A stretch of DNA of 64,000 nt from Mobula hypostoma (GCF_963921235.1 NC_086097.1:237090001-237154000); one strand, 5' to 3'; shown: positions 38,843-52,149, counted from the first letter of the stretch. Made by a program: numbers and translations. Notes: generated from the letters alone by a model not told the origin.

Positions 38843-39494
38843 CTTCAGAGCAACAATGATTTTGCCACAGGGTGGTGAATCTGTGAAATTGATTGCCAGA
38901 AATGGCTGTACTGTCATTGGGTATACTTAAAGCGGAGGGCGATTGTTTCTTGATTTTTAACGGTGTTAATGGTTACAGGAAGAAGTCATGAGAATGGGGT
39001 TGAGAGGGATAATAAATCAGACATGATGGAATGGTGGAGCAGACTTGATGGGTCAATTATGTCTTTTAGTCTAAGTCATTCAGTCTGCTATACCTGACTA
39101 TACACGAGAAATAAGCATGCTGTGGGACAGCAGCAAGGCAAGAGTTAATGTGCTCCTCAGTGCCGCACATATTTCCTGGCATAAAAAATGGGAAGTGAAT
39201 TCCCTCACTCTCAGCAAGGTATCACTGAAAACAACCACTGCCATGTTTGAAAGCGTGATTTCTTAATACTCAAAACACATGCAACAGACTCCTTCAGAGA
39301 CCAGGTGACAGCCGAGGGACAGCAAGCAGATGCTGAGGTGCTCTTGTGTTGCTAGGGACTTTCTCAACGGGACCACCGAAGGTAAAGAGAGACCCAAGAG
39401 GCATCTGTTCACTCGCTTTACTCTACATTGTGTGCACACTGGGGTCAGCCGCATAATTAAAGTTTCATAGTTGCTTTCTGGATAACAGCTGTTG

Positions 39495-40072
39495 ATCTAT
39501 ATAATTCTGTTAATGGGATTAAACCACCTGGACAGTAGCTGACTATAAACCTGGATGTTGGGTCCTAACTGTCTACCTGATACACCGGCCAGTATGCAAC
39601 CCAGAGCAAACTGTTACACATGTAGCAAGCTGCCCCTCTCCACGCAGCTGATGAATCCAAAGGAACGGCAGAGACCAATGAAGTTTGGCACCAGCAGTGT
39701 CTCAGAAGTTGCCATTCAGCGCTGAAGTCAATGTAGGATTGCCCTAGGGACTCCAGTTCTGGATCTTTCCTCGGAGTTTACTCCCGAAGACTTCCCCATC
39801 ATTGGGTACAGCCACAAGGCAGTGGAGGTTTGAGATCAGAGGTTTCCTTCTCCTAGATGAGCTGATGAGCCCCATCTGCCCAAAACGACTGGTTTTAAGG
39901 TGCCTGCAACCCGCCTTTGTCCCTTCTGCTGTGAATAGAAACTGTTCTGCCGGGCTTAGTACCTGAGCCACACATGAAGGACAGGAGCTGGGCTTGGTTA
40001 AACAAGGTTATTTGAGATGCATGTCATTGATAGGTATTGGGAGCTTATCCTCACTATTACCCCCAGCTATAA
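39495..40072 (-). mobile_element. Interspersed repeat, probably derived from an RTE-LINE 5' region
   Basis: Second copy at ~56085-56347 (shared caatgtaggactgcc..ggtttccttctcctagatgagc). The RTE assignment is from recall only. Confidence 0.45.
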
Positions 40073-42768
40073 CATTAGGTTCCATCCTTTTGTATTGCAG
40101 ATGCTAATGGGGCAACTGTTTCCTGAAGTGCCCTAAAATGACGTGGTAGGCATTTACAATTCAACCTGTGAGAGTTAGTTTTTTTTTAAGGAAATAAATG
40201 CTCCTCATCTAAGTTTTGTCTCAGTCATTTGTTTTGAAGAAATGGTAAGTTGGTAGAATGCTTTAGTACTATCGCATGCACTAAGGTAACGTGAAAGACT
40301 TAACTTGCATACTGTATATAAGACCATAAGATATAGGAGCAGAATTAAGCCATTGAAGTGCTCTGCCATTCCATAATAGCTGATTTATTATCGTTGTCAC
40401 TCCCTCTCAATCCCATTCTCCCCCTTCTCCCCATAACCTTTGATGCCTTTACTAATCAAGAACCTGTCAACCTCTGCTTTAAATATACCCAATGACTTGA
40501 TCTCCACAGCCGTCCGTGGCAATGAAATCCACAGATTCAGCATCCACTGGCTGAAGAAATTTTTCCTTCTCTCTGTTCTTTGTATCTGAGGCTGTGCCCT
40601 CTGACCCTAGACTCTCCCACGACAGGAAACATTCTCTCCATGCTCTTGTAACCACAAAATAATCTGCAGATGCTGGGGTAAAAGCAACACTCACAACACG
40701 CTGGAGGAACTCAGCAGGTCGGGCAGCATCCGTGGAAAAGACTGGTCGACGGATCGGTCGACCTTTTGGGCTGGAACCCTCACTATCTGGGCCTTTCAAT
40801 ATTCATTTCTTTGCAACAGTGTATTGAGGTAGTACAAGGTAAAAAGAGTAACAGAGTGAAGAGGAAAGTGCTTATAGTACAGAGACAACGTGTCCAGAGA
40901 CAATTTACAAGGTCATAATAAACGTGAGCTACATTGTTTGATTTATTTTCTGCGACTTGGGGATCACTGTAAAGGCCAGTATTGATTGCACCTCCCTACT
41001 TGTCCTTAAGGAAGTGTCGCTGTGCCAACTTCAACTGCTAGTGAAGGTATTTCTCGGTGCTGTTGGAAAGGGAGTTTCAGATTCAGACTTATTTATCACA
41101 TGTTTATTGAAATGTCATCATTATTATCATCAGGTGCCATGCCCTGTTTGAGCTTTGACTGCCATGCTTCGGGTCAGGTGGATCAATTCATTGGTATTCA
41201 TTTCCAGTTCTCTGGCTGCTATCTCCATCATCATTTGTCTTTGCCTTCCTCTTGTTTATCGAAATGTACCATTTGCATTAACAGCCAGCACATCCAAGGA
41301 TGCGCTGGGGGCAGTCTGCAAGTGTCGCAGCACATTCCAGTGCCAAAATAGTGACCCACAATGCTCAGCAGAACATCACAGAGAATAACAAAATGGTACC
41401 GAACTCTGGTTAGATCACACTCAGAATACTGTGTTCACCTCTGGTTGCCTCATTATAGGCAGGATAGAAGATCATAAGGCTGTAAGATATAGGAGCAGAA
41501 TTAGGCCATTTGGCCGATCGAGTATACTCCACCATTTTATCATGGCTGATCCAATTTTCCTCTCAGACCCATCCTCCTGTCTTCTGCCTGTATCCCTTCA
41601 TGCCCTGACCAATCAAGAATCTATCAACCTCAAACATAAATATGCATAAAAACTTGGCCTCCACAGCTGCTTGTGCAAAGAATTCTACTCTCTAGCGAAA
41701 GAAATTTCCCCTCGTCTCCATTCTAAGATGATGCTCCTCTATTCTGAGGCTGTGTCCTGTGGTGTTAGACTCTCCCATTATAGGAAGCATCTTCTCCACA
41801 TCCATTCTATCAAGGCCTTTCACCATTCAATAGGTTTCAATGAGGTCACCCCTCATTCTTCTGAATTCTAGTGAATACAGCCCAGAGCCATCAAACACTC
41901 AATATTAAAGGTTATTGAAGCTTTAGAGGAGATCTATCATGATGTTGCCTGCTTAAGGCAGCATGTCTTATGGGGAGTGGCTGTGTGAGTCAGGGCCAGG
42001 GGTTTCAATTTTCCTTTTGCACGAACCTTTACCATTAAGCAAGGGGTCCATGGACCCCTGGTTGGGAATCTATGACTCTGGGCGAAGGAGGATGAACGGT
42101 AATTTGATATAGGTGTTTGTGTAAGATGATAAGAGGCAAAGAAAGCCAGAGACTTTTTATCAAGACAGAAATGGATAATAAAAGGGGACATAATTTTAGT
42201 GTGATTGGAGAAAGATATCGGGGCAAATCAGAGGCAGATTTTATATACAGAGTGCATGGAACGCACTGCCAGGGGTGGTGATAGAGGCAGATACATTAGA
42301 GACATTTAAGAGATTCTTTGATGGCACATGGATGAAAGAAAAATGAAGGACTGTGTGGGAGGGAAGGGTTAGATTGATCTTCGAGTAGGCTAACAGGTCA
42401 TTTCAATATCATGGGCCGAATGGCCTGCTCTCTCCTGTGCTATTATATTCCTATGATCTACATTAGGGTAGCGGACAGAGTAAAAATGAAGTAGACTGCC
42501 TGATGCTGGACAGTGCTGAGTTTTGTGAGATTTAGTGGATTTGCACTCATCCAGAGTAAACCAACACATTCCTCTGGCGAAGAGGCTTGAACGTGTCAGC
42601 CGGAGAGCCACTGTCTGCAGGATAGCTGGCCTCAAACCTGTTCTTGGCACGTTTCCATGTGCTGGATAGGTTTGTCAATAGTGACCAGCAGTACATTGAT
42701 TGAGGGGTACTGAGCGATGGTTAGTTAAAAGGGTAGATGGCCATTTCTTCATATATTTGTGGGATGAA

Positions 42769-43325
42769 GCAACACACATACAAAATTCAGGAGGGACCTC
42801 AGGTCAGGCAACATCAATGGAGGGAATTAAACAGTTGTAGTTTCGGGCCGAAATTCTGATCCGGTTTTAAAGGCAAAGGATGGTCATAGCAAATATTGAT
42901 GTGATTTAGAATTTTACTGTTTATTGCTCTTTTTTTGGATACTTAGAAACTTTTCAATTCACTATTTTTGAAAGCATCTACAGAATTTTTTGCATGCACC
43001 AAAGGCCTTTGCACAGTACTGTACAGTGAAATGTGCTGTTTGCATCAATAACCAACACACCTATGGATGTGCAGGGGGCAACCGCATTAATGAATCAAAT
43101 GGAATGTCACAACAATCTTAAACACAAAAGATACTGCAGATGGTAATCATAAGCAACACATATAAAATGGTGGAAAAACTGTAAACAGTCCTGATAAAGG
43201 GTCTCAATCCAAAACTTCCACTGCTTATTCCCTTCCGTAGATGCTGCCTGACTTGGTGAGTTCCTCCGGCGTTCTATGTGTGGTGCTCAAGGTTTGCAGC
43301 ATCTGCAGAACCTCCTGCGTCTGTG
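42769..43325. mobile_element. Composite insertion bounded by PLE terminal repeats
   Basis: 13-bp direct repeat TTTGTGGGATGAA at 42756-42768 and 43326-43338. Three terminal-repeat pieces plus unrelated internal DNA. Confidence 0.6.
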
Positions 43326-43654
43326 TTTGTGGGATGAATGCTTCTTGTCACTTATCTGCCTAAATTTTGCCTCAGCCCTGCTGTATGTGAAGGGATAGTG
43401 TTGTGACTGGAATCGAACACTGTACAATCATTGGCGATCATCCCCATTCTGATCTGAGAGGATTGTTGACAAGGCAACTGAAGAACGTTGGGCTAAGGAT
43501 ACCCTGAGGAATTCCTGTATTGATGTTCTGGTGCTGAGCCCCAATAAATATGTGTCTTAATGCTGTAGGGTATGGTTGGAAAATTTATATTGTTTTGATT
43601 ACAGAGAATTTAATGGACTTCATTGATTAAAAGTTATTACATTTAACAAGACTG

Positions 43655-44197
43655 GATATGGCGCAGTCCACCATGGGTAAAGCCCTCCCAATCACTGTGC
43701 TCATCCACATGAAACACTGTCACAGGAAATCAGCATTCAGCATCGGTGACCCTCACAATCCAGGCCATGCTGTTTTCTCACTGCTGCCATCAGGGAGGTG
43801 GTACAGGAGCCCCAGGACCCACACCACCGGCTTCAGGAACAGTGATTACCCCTCAGCCATCAGGCTCTTGAACGAAAGGGGATAACTTCACTCAAATTCA
43901 CTCGTCCCATCATTGAAATGTTCCCGTAACCAATGTACTCACTTTTGAGGACTCTTCATCTCACGTTCTCAATATTCATTGCTTATTTATTTATTATTAT
44001 TATTATTTCTTATTTTTGTATTTGCACAGTTTGTTGTCTTCTGCATTCTGGTTGAACGCCCGAGTTGGGCAGTCTTTCATTGATTCTGCTATGGTTATTA
44101 TTCTATAGATTTATTGAGTATGCCCACAAGAAAACAAACCTCAGGGATCTATATGGTGACATATATGTACTTTGATAATAAAACTCACTTTGAACTT
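43655..44197 (+). mobile_element. Rex1/Babar-like LINE 3' end
   Basis: DPHNPGHAVFSLLPSGRWYRS..TTGFRNS.YPSAIRLLN, followed by a tttgaac tail. Confidence 0.75.
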
Positions 44198-46437
44198 TGA
44201 GCGTTAGCATTGTTAAACAGCTCTGTCATTTATCTGCAATCACATTTCAGTGCAGTGAAATGGGAATTGTTCTCAACTACAACGGAGTACTAACCGTGAG
44301 GCAGGCCTTTGGACATAAGGCGGCATCCATCATTTCAGAAACCCCACCACCCAGGACACGCCCTCTTCTCACTGCTACCATCAGGGAGGAGGTATAGGTG
44401 CCTGAAGGCACACACATAACATTTTAGTTACAGCTTCATGCCCTCTGCCATCTGAATTTGGAATGGGTAATGAACTGCAACTTCACTAATTTTGCTCTCT
44501 TTTTGTATTACTTAATTTAAATTTGTATATATTTATATTACTTATTATAATTCATAGTATTATTTTATGTCTTGCTTTGGATTGCTGCTGGAAAAGAACA
44601 AATTTCATGACAAATGTCAGTGATGTTAAACTTGATTCTGAATCTGAAGGTTATACTGCTGCATTTGCCGACGCATGTAATAAACCCCGTGACCACATGG
44701 GTTCCCGCTGAGTCCTCTGGATTCCCCCCACAGTCCAAAGACGTACCAGTTGCTGGGTTAATTGGCCATAATAAATTGTCCCGTGGCTCGGGTGAAATTG
44801 GGGGTTTCTGGGTGGCACTGCTCAAAGGGCTGGAAGAGCCTACCCTGCACTGTACCTCGATAAAATTAATAAAAACATCGACTCTTGAAAGGCATTTTTT
44901 CTTATACCCTAAAATAACTATCCTTAAATGGTGAGAATATTCAAAGACTTTACAAATGTCAATTCTACTGTTTGAATACTGAAACTGTTTGCAATTGATA
45001 CAACATAATTAGAGTTTTATTACTAAAACATTTTTGATATTTCACTTAAATATATTTGAAGCGTGTATTCCCTAGTCACTGTTTATTTACCTGCAATTAA
45101 AAAGCCTCTGTATAACATACCGTACATAAGTAAGCTGCCTATTCAGTAGTGAAAGAACTTACTTCAATGATTATTTTCAGGACTACCTGCATTATAATGG
45201 GCTGCATAACCATTTCTCCATGTACGTAACTCCTCTTGTTATCCACAGATGCAAATCACTTTGTCAAATATCCTTCCTTCTGTCACAGGTAGTTTGCTGG
45301 TCTAATGCATAAATTTATTTTTTCAGATTACCAGTAAGTTTGATATCTTCATTGACAGGAAATTAGTTCAAAGAGAATGGATCTTCACAGCAGGAGAGGA
45401 ATTTCTGATTGCTAGCTTCAAATAGGCACTTAGCAGACCTAAACCATCAGTAGAGCTAAGCCACTACCCCAGCCCAGCGACTAATGCCATTCAGACCTAG
45501 GATTTCTGTAAACACAGGGCCAGCGCTCATGCTTTTAAGACCATAAGATATAGAAGTAGAATTAGGCCATTTGGCCCATCGAGTCTGTTCTGCATCATGG
45601 CTGATCCATTTTTCCTCTCAGCCCCGATCTCCTGCTTTCTCTCTGTATCCAATCATGCCCTGACCAATCAAGAATCTATCAACCTCTCCCCTAAGTATAA
45701 AAGATTTGGCCTTCACAGCTGCCTGTGGTAATGAATTCCATAGATGAATTTCCACGGATTAACAGTCACCTGAAGAGCAGACTATCTGTTGGATGGAAGT
45801 GACTGATAAAGGCAGATGCCACGTTTTTAAACTCACTAGTGGGAGGTGGTGCTTTAGCACTGCTGGCCCACCACCTCGAGGAAGTCTTGATCATAAGTGG
45901 GCCGAAACTCCTGAAGACAGGTGGCAGATCAACTGATGATCCCACTGGTGATAGCACAGGACAGTTAACATCTTAGTCCACGTGTATTTTGTAACTCTAA
46001 TTGTAATGCAGCGGTATCAACCCAGGGCTTTAGAATCTTGGAGTGGTGATCTGCAGTGGAGAGTTGAGTGGTGCAGGTAGACATGAACAGGCAGAAGAAG
46101 CTGATAATAGATATACCTGTCCTGATCAATAATGACCTGCAGCACATTTAGTTACAATCAATGTCTGTCAAATGTTGTTAATGTGTTTTTTGAGGCCGAC
46201 TGACAAACTACCTGGGTCCTTGTGCTAGGAGGACAAATTAAACATTCAAGCACTATCTAAACTGCAGAATCAAACCACAACGGTGCAGAAATGTAATCTT
46301 ACTATTCCTTCTCTACTCATTTTATCTAAAATTTCACCAGAGTTTCTAGCTCTATAAATGATTAGAGGCAATCTCTGCTACATAAGATATTATGATAGAT
46401 CGAATACCCATTAGTCAAGTGGCAGGCTTATTAATGG

Positions 46438-46650
46438 GTTGCCACCATAACGTGGTGGTTAGCACAACGCTTTCAACTCCCACCATTGTCTGAAAGGAAT
46501 TTGGACATTCTCCCTGAGACCGTGCGGGGCTATCCCCCGCAGTCCAAAGACATATGGGTTGGTCGGTTAATTGGTCATTGTAAATTGACCCGTAATTAGC
46601 CTAGCGTTAAATAGGGGATTACTGGGCAGTGCGACTGAAAGGACACTGTA
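46438..46650 (+). mobile_element. V-SINE-like tRNA SINE, degraded
   Basis: gtggttagcacaacgc head and cagtccaaagac...ggttaattggtcattgtaaattg core. Confidence 0.6.
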
Positions 46651-47840
46651 TCCCAATGAGCAAACAAACAAATAGACAAATAAATAAACAAATAAATGAT
46701 CTAAATCAGGTTTATTATCTCTGACAAACCGGATGTCGTGAAATTTGTTGTTTTGTGGCCTGTCTGAAAATAGGGACCTTTTTCCTTGATAGGAAATTGT
46801 ACTTATTGTCAACAAATCTTCCTAACATTTGAGTCCTTTACAAATTTATTTGTATATACAGAACAATAACTTGAAAATTATTGAATGAAACCGTGCCCCT
46901 TTGATCACTTTGTGTGATCACGCCTTCTTAGCAAGAGAGTAATAAAAGGTCTGCTGAATTGATATCTCAACAGTCTTTCGAATATTCTCATAACCACAAT
47001 GAAGAGACCCATTGGCAAACACTAATCTGCTCAAATGCACAGCTGCTAATTGATTATTTCTGTTCCACCTCTTCAAGCTAAATGACAATAAAAGAGGACT
47101 GAGTGTTCTCATAATCTAAAAGGCTACATGGGTGATATCAGTTGTAGATTTTTGTAGAAAGACTACAGGAAATATATTTATTTTGGTTCGCTATTCCATT
47201 AGAAGTAGGGCTTACAATATCTTCAAATTTGAAGATATGGAAATAAAATTTAAAGTAACATAAAGAACCTGTTCCTATACTATACTGTTCTATGTTCTAT
47301 GGACTTGCAGCAGTGCATTCAGATGCAGTGGCTTCTACGAGGCCAACCAAAGGTGTTACTGTCCTTTTTAAATGTACTTTTTAAACAATCGCGAGTTGCT
47401 CAATGGCAGAGAAACTGAAGGAACAGGACTTGGTGCGTCAGAGTGGTCAGTGCACAAAGGAGGTGTGCAGTCTAACAGCGAGTGGCCATCTTGGTCGCTT
47501 TTCTTGTGATCGCAAGATCCTGTTGGACACTGTTAATGCGGAATGCTGCAAGTCCGATTCACTGATTTACTGGAAAATGGTGGGTTTGGACAGTGGGGAA
47601 GCTGCATGGACTCGGTGATAGCGGGGTCTAGGCCACGAGCCACTGTGTCGCCCACTTACAAGCGGACAGGAGAGAGGCATCAGAGTCGGTGCGCTCCATC
47701 GGAGTGCTGGAGGTGGTGTGGTACAACAAACATGCTGGGTTCAGTACTGCCCTCTAGTGTTCACTTGGCAGAAGACAAGTCACTCACATCAAAGTTGCTG
47801 GTGAACGCAGCAGGCCAAGCAGCATCTATAGGAAGAGGCA

Positions 47841-47877
47841 CAGTCGACGTTTCAGGCCGAGACCCTTCGTCAGGACT
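47841..47877 (-). ncRNA. Minimal type I hammerhead ribozyme motif, intact
   Basis: Minus strand reads AGTC-CTGACGA-AGGGTCTCGGCCT-GAAA-C-GTC^GACTG. Stem I AGTC/GACT, stem II AGG/CCT, stem III reduced to the palindrome ACGT. Confidence 0.8.
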
Positions 47878-48172
47878 AACTGAAGGAAGAGTGAGTAAGG
47901 GATTTGAAAACTGGAGGGGGAGGGGGAGATGCAAAATGATAGGAGAAGACAGGAGGGGGAGGGATGGAGCCGAGAGCTGGACAGGTGATAGGCAGAAGGG
48001 GATACGAGAGGATCATGGGACAGGAGGTCCGGGAAGAAAGACGGGGGGGGGGGGTGACCCAGAGGATGGGCAAGAGGTATATTCAGAGGGACAGAGGGAG
48101 AAAAAGGAGAGTGAGAGAAAGAATGTGTGCATTAAAAAGAGTAACAGATGGGGTACGAGGGGGAGGTGGGGC

Positions 48173-49453
48173 CTAGCGGAAGTTAGAGAAGTCAATGTTC
48201 ATGCCATCAGGTTGGAGGCTACCCAGACGGAATATAAGGTGTTGTTCCTCCAACCTGAGTGTGGCTTCATCTTTACAGTAGAGGAGGCCGTGGATAGACA
48301 TGTCAGAATGGGAATGGGATGTGGAATTAAAATGTGTGGCCACTGGGAGATCCTGCTTTCTCTGGCGGACAGAGCGTAGATGTTCAGCAAAGCGGTCTCC
48401 CAGTCTGCGTCGGGTCTCACCAATATATAAAAGGCCACATCGGGAGCACCGGACGCAGTATATCACCCCAGTCGACTCACAGGTGAAGTGATGCCTCACC
48501 TGGAAGGACTGTTTGGGGCCCTGAATGGTGGTAAGGGAGGAAGTGTAAGGGCATGTGTAGCACTTGTTCCGCTTACACGGATAAGTGCCAGGAGGGAGAT
48601 CAGTGGGGAGGGATGGGGGGGACGAATGGACAAGGGAGTTTTGTAGGGAGCGATCCCTGCGGAATGCAGAGAGAGGCGGGGAGGGAAAGATATGCTTAGT
48701 GGTGGGATCCCGTTGGAGGTGGCGGAAGTTACGGAGAATAATATGTTGGACCCGGAGGCTGGTGGGGTGGTAGGTGAGGACCAGGGGAACCCTATTCCTA
48801 GTGGGGTGGTGGGAGGATGGAGTGAGAGCAGATGTACGTGAAATGGGGGAGATGCGTTTAAGAGCAGAGTTGATAGTGGAGGAAGGGAAGCCCCTTTCTT
48901 TAAAAAATGAAGACATCTCCCTCGTCCTAGAATGAAAAGCCTCATCCTGAGAGCAGATGCGGCGGAGACGGAGGAATTGCGAGAAGGGGATGGCGTTTTT
49001 GCAAGAGACAGGGTGAGAAGAGGAATAGTCCAGATAGTTGTGAGAGTCAGTAGGCTTATAGTAGACATCAGTGGATAAGCTGTCTCCAGAGACAGAGACA
49101 GAAAGATCTAGAAAGGGGAGGGAGGTGTCAGAAATGGACCAGGTAAACTTGAGGGCAGGGTGAAAGTTGGAGGCAAAGTTAATAAAGTTAACGAGTTCTG
49201 CATGCGTGCAGGAAGCAGCGCCAATGCAGTCGTCGATGTAGCGAAGGAAAAGTGGGGGACAGATACCAGAATAGGCACGGAACATAGATTGTTCCACAAA
49301 CCCAACAAAAAGGCAGGCATAGCTAGGACCCATACGGGTGCCCATAGCTACACCTTTAGTTTGGAGGAAATGGGAGGAGCAAAAGGAGAAATTATTAAGA
49401 GTAAGGACTAATTCTGCTAGATGGAGCAGAGTGGTGGTAGAGGGGAACTGATT
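48173..49453 (-). CDS. PLE reverse transcriptase plus GIY-YIG endonuclease, N-terminally truncated (426 aa)
   Basis: QTKGVAMGTRMGPSYA, RYIDD, FLDL, YYKPTD, Cys linker CKRNKCYTC, GVIY.VRC..C.LLYIGETRRRL..RF.EH. The first 16 aa of the track ORF come from flanking DNA. Confidence 0.9.
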   Translation of the reverse strand, partial: NQFPSTTTLLHLAELVLTLNNFSFCSSHFLQTKGVAMGTRMGPSYACLFVGFVEQSMFRAYSGICPPLFLRYIDDCIGAASCTHAELVNFINFASNFHPALKFTWSISDTSLPFLDLSVSVSGDSLSTDVYYKPTDSHNYLDYSSSHPVSCKNAIPFSQFLRLRRICSQDEAFHSRTREMSSFFKERGFPSSTINSALKRISPISRTSALTPSSHHPTRNRVPLVLTYHPTSLRVQHIILRNFRHLQRDPTTKHIFPSPPLSAFRRDRSLQNSLVHSSPPSLPTDLPPGTYPCKRNKCYTCPYTSSLTTIQGPKQSFQVRHHFTCESTGVIYCVRCSRCGLLYIGETRRRLGDRFAEHLRSVRQRKQDLPVATHFNSTSHSHSDMSIHGLLYCKDEATLRLEEQHLIFRLGSLQPDGMNIDFSNFR

Positions 49454-51169
49454 AGAAGACAAGTCATATTGTTTTCGATTGCAGACTGCTGTAACATTCA
49501 TAGACTCAGGGACTTGGACTTATACGTGTTATGTGTGCCTTGTGCTGTGCATGACTGTTTGTACTGCGTTTTGCACCTTGGCCTTGGCCTTAGCTGTATG
49601 GTTGAATGACAATTAAACTTGAATTTGAAAATGATTTTTTTTTTCCATAAATATAAAGTGTGAGGTGATGCACTTTGGAAATGTTAAACTAGACCTGAAT
49701 ATGAGGGAGTGTAACAGAGGGACTTGAAAGCACAAGCAAATAGTTCATTGAAAGTGTTAGTGCAGTTAGTCAGGTTGGTGAGAAAGACACTTGATATATT
49801 AGTCTTCATTGGTTTGAGAAGCGGGTGTTGCAGTTGCCACCTAATGTTGCAGTTGTACTAGCCACTAGTCAGGCTGTACTGGAGTATAGCCTGCAGGTTT
49901 CATGTCACTCTGTTGCAGCAACGCATGGTCAAACTAAAAAGAGTGCAGAACAAATTCAAAAGAATATTGCCAGGACTAGAGGGCCTGTATCATAAGAAGT
50001 GACTGGCCAGGCTAATTGTTAATTCCTTGGAATGAAGGGGAATACAACTATAAGATACAGGAGCAGAAGTAGGCCATTTGGCCCATCAAGTCTGCTACGC
50101 CATTTTATCATGGCCGATCCATTTTCCTTCTCAGCCCCAAACTCCTTTCTTCTCCCCGTATCCCTTCATGCCCTGACCGATCAATCCTTGCCTTAAATAT
50201 ACCGAATGACGTGCCCACCACAGCAATAAATTCCACAGATTCACCCCGCTCTGGCTAAAGAAAATCCTCCTAATTTCCATTCTAAATGGACATCCCTCTA
50301 TTCTAAGGCTGCGTCCTCTGGTCTTGGACTCCTCCACCAGAGGAAACATCTGCTCCACATCCACCCTATCGAGGCCTTTCAAGAGGAGTAAGGGTGATCT
50401 TACAGAAATGTTTAACGTTATGGGAGGCATAGATAAGATGGATGTGGAGATTTGCAGAGTCTAGAAGTTGGAATGTGTGTTCAAGTCTAATTGTCATTCA
50501 ACCACACGTGAATACAGCCAAACAAAGCAGCAGTACTCTGGGGCCATGATGCGAAATTCAGTACCAATAGGCACACACAATATAAGGCAGATGTAGAACA
50601 TATGAGATATTAGTAAAGTCCAATCACAAAAAAAAATATGGGCCAAGAGCCTGAGTCCATGAAAGTTGCAGCAATCTGCAATCGAACACAATAGGGCGTG
50701 TCCTCTGCTGAGCTATCACTGGGGTCAGCATTGACTGCAGCTTGGACGCCACGCCGCACCACCTCCAGTGAAGCACACTGATTCCGATGCTTCCCTCTTG
50801 GGAGGCTGTAAGTAGGGAATACTGCAGCTTGAGGCCTAGTCCTTGTGACATCCGAGGTCACACGTCTCCCTGCCGTCCATCAATAATTCAGTGAATCGGG
50901 CATGCAGTCTCCCACATGAACAATGTCCAACAGGGTCTTGAGATCAGAAGGAAAGCGACTAAAATGATTACTCACTGTTAGGCTGCACAATGCCTTCATG
51001 CACCAGCTCCTCTCTGACTACGGGGCAGAGATTTAGGGTGAGAGAGAGAGAAGAGGTTTAAAAAGAAGCTGAAGGATAAAAAAGCATTTAGATAGGTTTG
51101 TGGAGGAGTAGGGCTTAGATGAATACAGGAAATTGGGACCGGCTGGGTAGAAGAAGAAATAAGAAGAAT

Positions 51170-51650
51170 AAAAGAAGCCAGAATAAGAAGGTGGGGGGAG
51201 GGGGAGGAATCCAAGATAGGAGATGAAACCAGGTGAGAGGAAAAGAGGGTGGGTGGGGAAGGGGGTGGGGATGAAGTGAGAAACTGTGAGATTATTGGTG
51301 AAACAAAGTAAATGGCTACAGAAGGAACCTGATAGGAGAGGAGAGTGGACAATGGGCGATAAAGGTGGGAGGAGGGGGTACAAGAGGAGTGTGATAGGTA
51401 GGTGAGGAGAAGAAGAGAAAGGGTAAGAGGGGAATCAGAATGGGGAACAGAAAAGGAGAGAAGAGGGAACAGAGTGATGAGGCGTATAATTCAGGCTTCT
51501 TCTCTCTTCCTTTCCAATCCTGATGAAGGGCATTGGCCCAAAACATTGACTCTTTATTCCTTTCCATAGTTGCTGCCTGACCTGCTGAGCTCTTCCAGCA
51601 TTTTGCGTGTGTTACTCTGGATTTCCAGCATCTGCAGAATGTCTTGTGTT
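51170..51650. mobile_element. Inverted PLE 3' UTR / terminal repeat pieces (older subfamily)
   Basis: GA-rich minus-orientation UTR piece followed by a plus-orientation terminal repeat (CTGATGA intact, GAAA mutated to AAAA). Confidence 0.65.
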
Positions 51651-52149
51651 AAACCATGTCAACAGATCACATTTTTTTGTGATTGTAAAGTCAGTGATAG
51701 CACTAGGATTCTATTTAATTGTATAAGAAAATCAGTGCAAAAAGACCAGCGGATTTCAAAACATGCATTATTGGAAGCAAAAAGGAATGGTCACCACAAG
51801 ATATATGAATGGGTTGATCATTATGTATTGGAATTTATTTTCACCACAACTTAATATGAGAACAGGAACAAATCACAGCAGCATTAGCCTGCTCACTTGT
51901 TCAATATGACAATGTCTGATCACCTTAAATTGGATATTGGGTTTCTCCTTTCTTCCCATACTCCTTGAAGTATCCAATTACTCCTTGAATATATTTAGTG
52001 ATTTTGGCCTCAACTGTCTTGTGATGGAAAATGCAGTGAAATAAAATCTAAATTTCAGTCCTTTCTAACAGACACCTTAGGTTGGTTCAGGACTTTCTCA
52101 CCATTGGGTACATTCATCCTGTCTGTCTAGTATAATCAGGATTTTTATA

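Larger units (their letters stand above)
47783..49453 (-). mobile_element. Young 5'-truncated Penelope-like retroelement (probably Neptune-like)
   Basis: 13-bp TSD AGAAGACAAGTCA at 47770-47782 and 49454-49466, uninterrupted ORF, 3' terminal repeat with hammerhead motif. Confidence 0.93.

Noticed and set aside
39495..40072. Possible HDV-like ribozyme in an RTE-type 5' region
   Set aside because: Such ribozymes are known in RTE elements, but I could not assign the nested double pseudoknot by eye.
47543..48379. 278-aa plus-strand ORF
   Set aside because: Antisense to the PLE, crosses the insertion boundary, and has no recognisable domain.
49454..49501. ATG giving the PLE ORF an apparent start (442 aa)
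   Set aside because: These 16 codons lie in the TSD and flanking repeat. The N-terminal part of the RT is missing, so a functional protein is unlikely.
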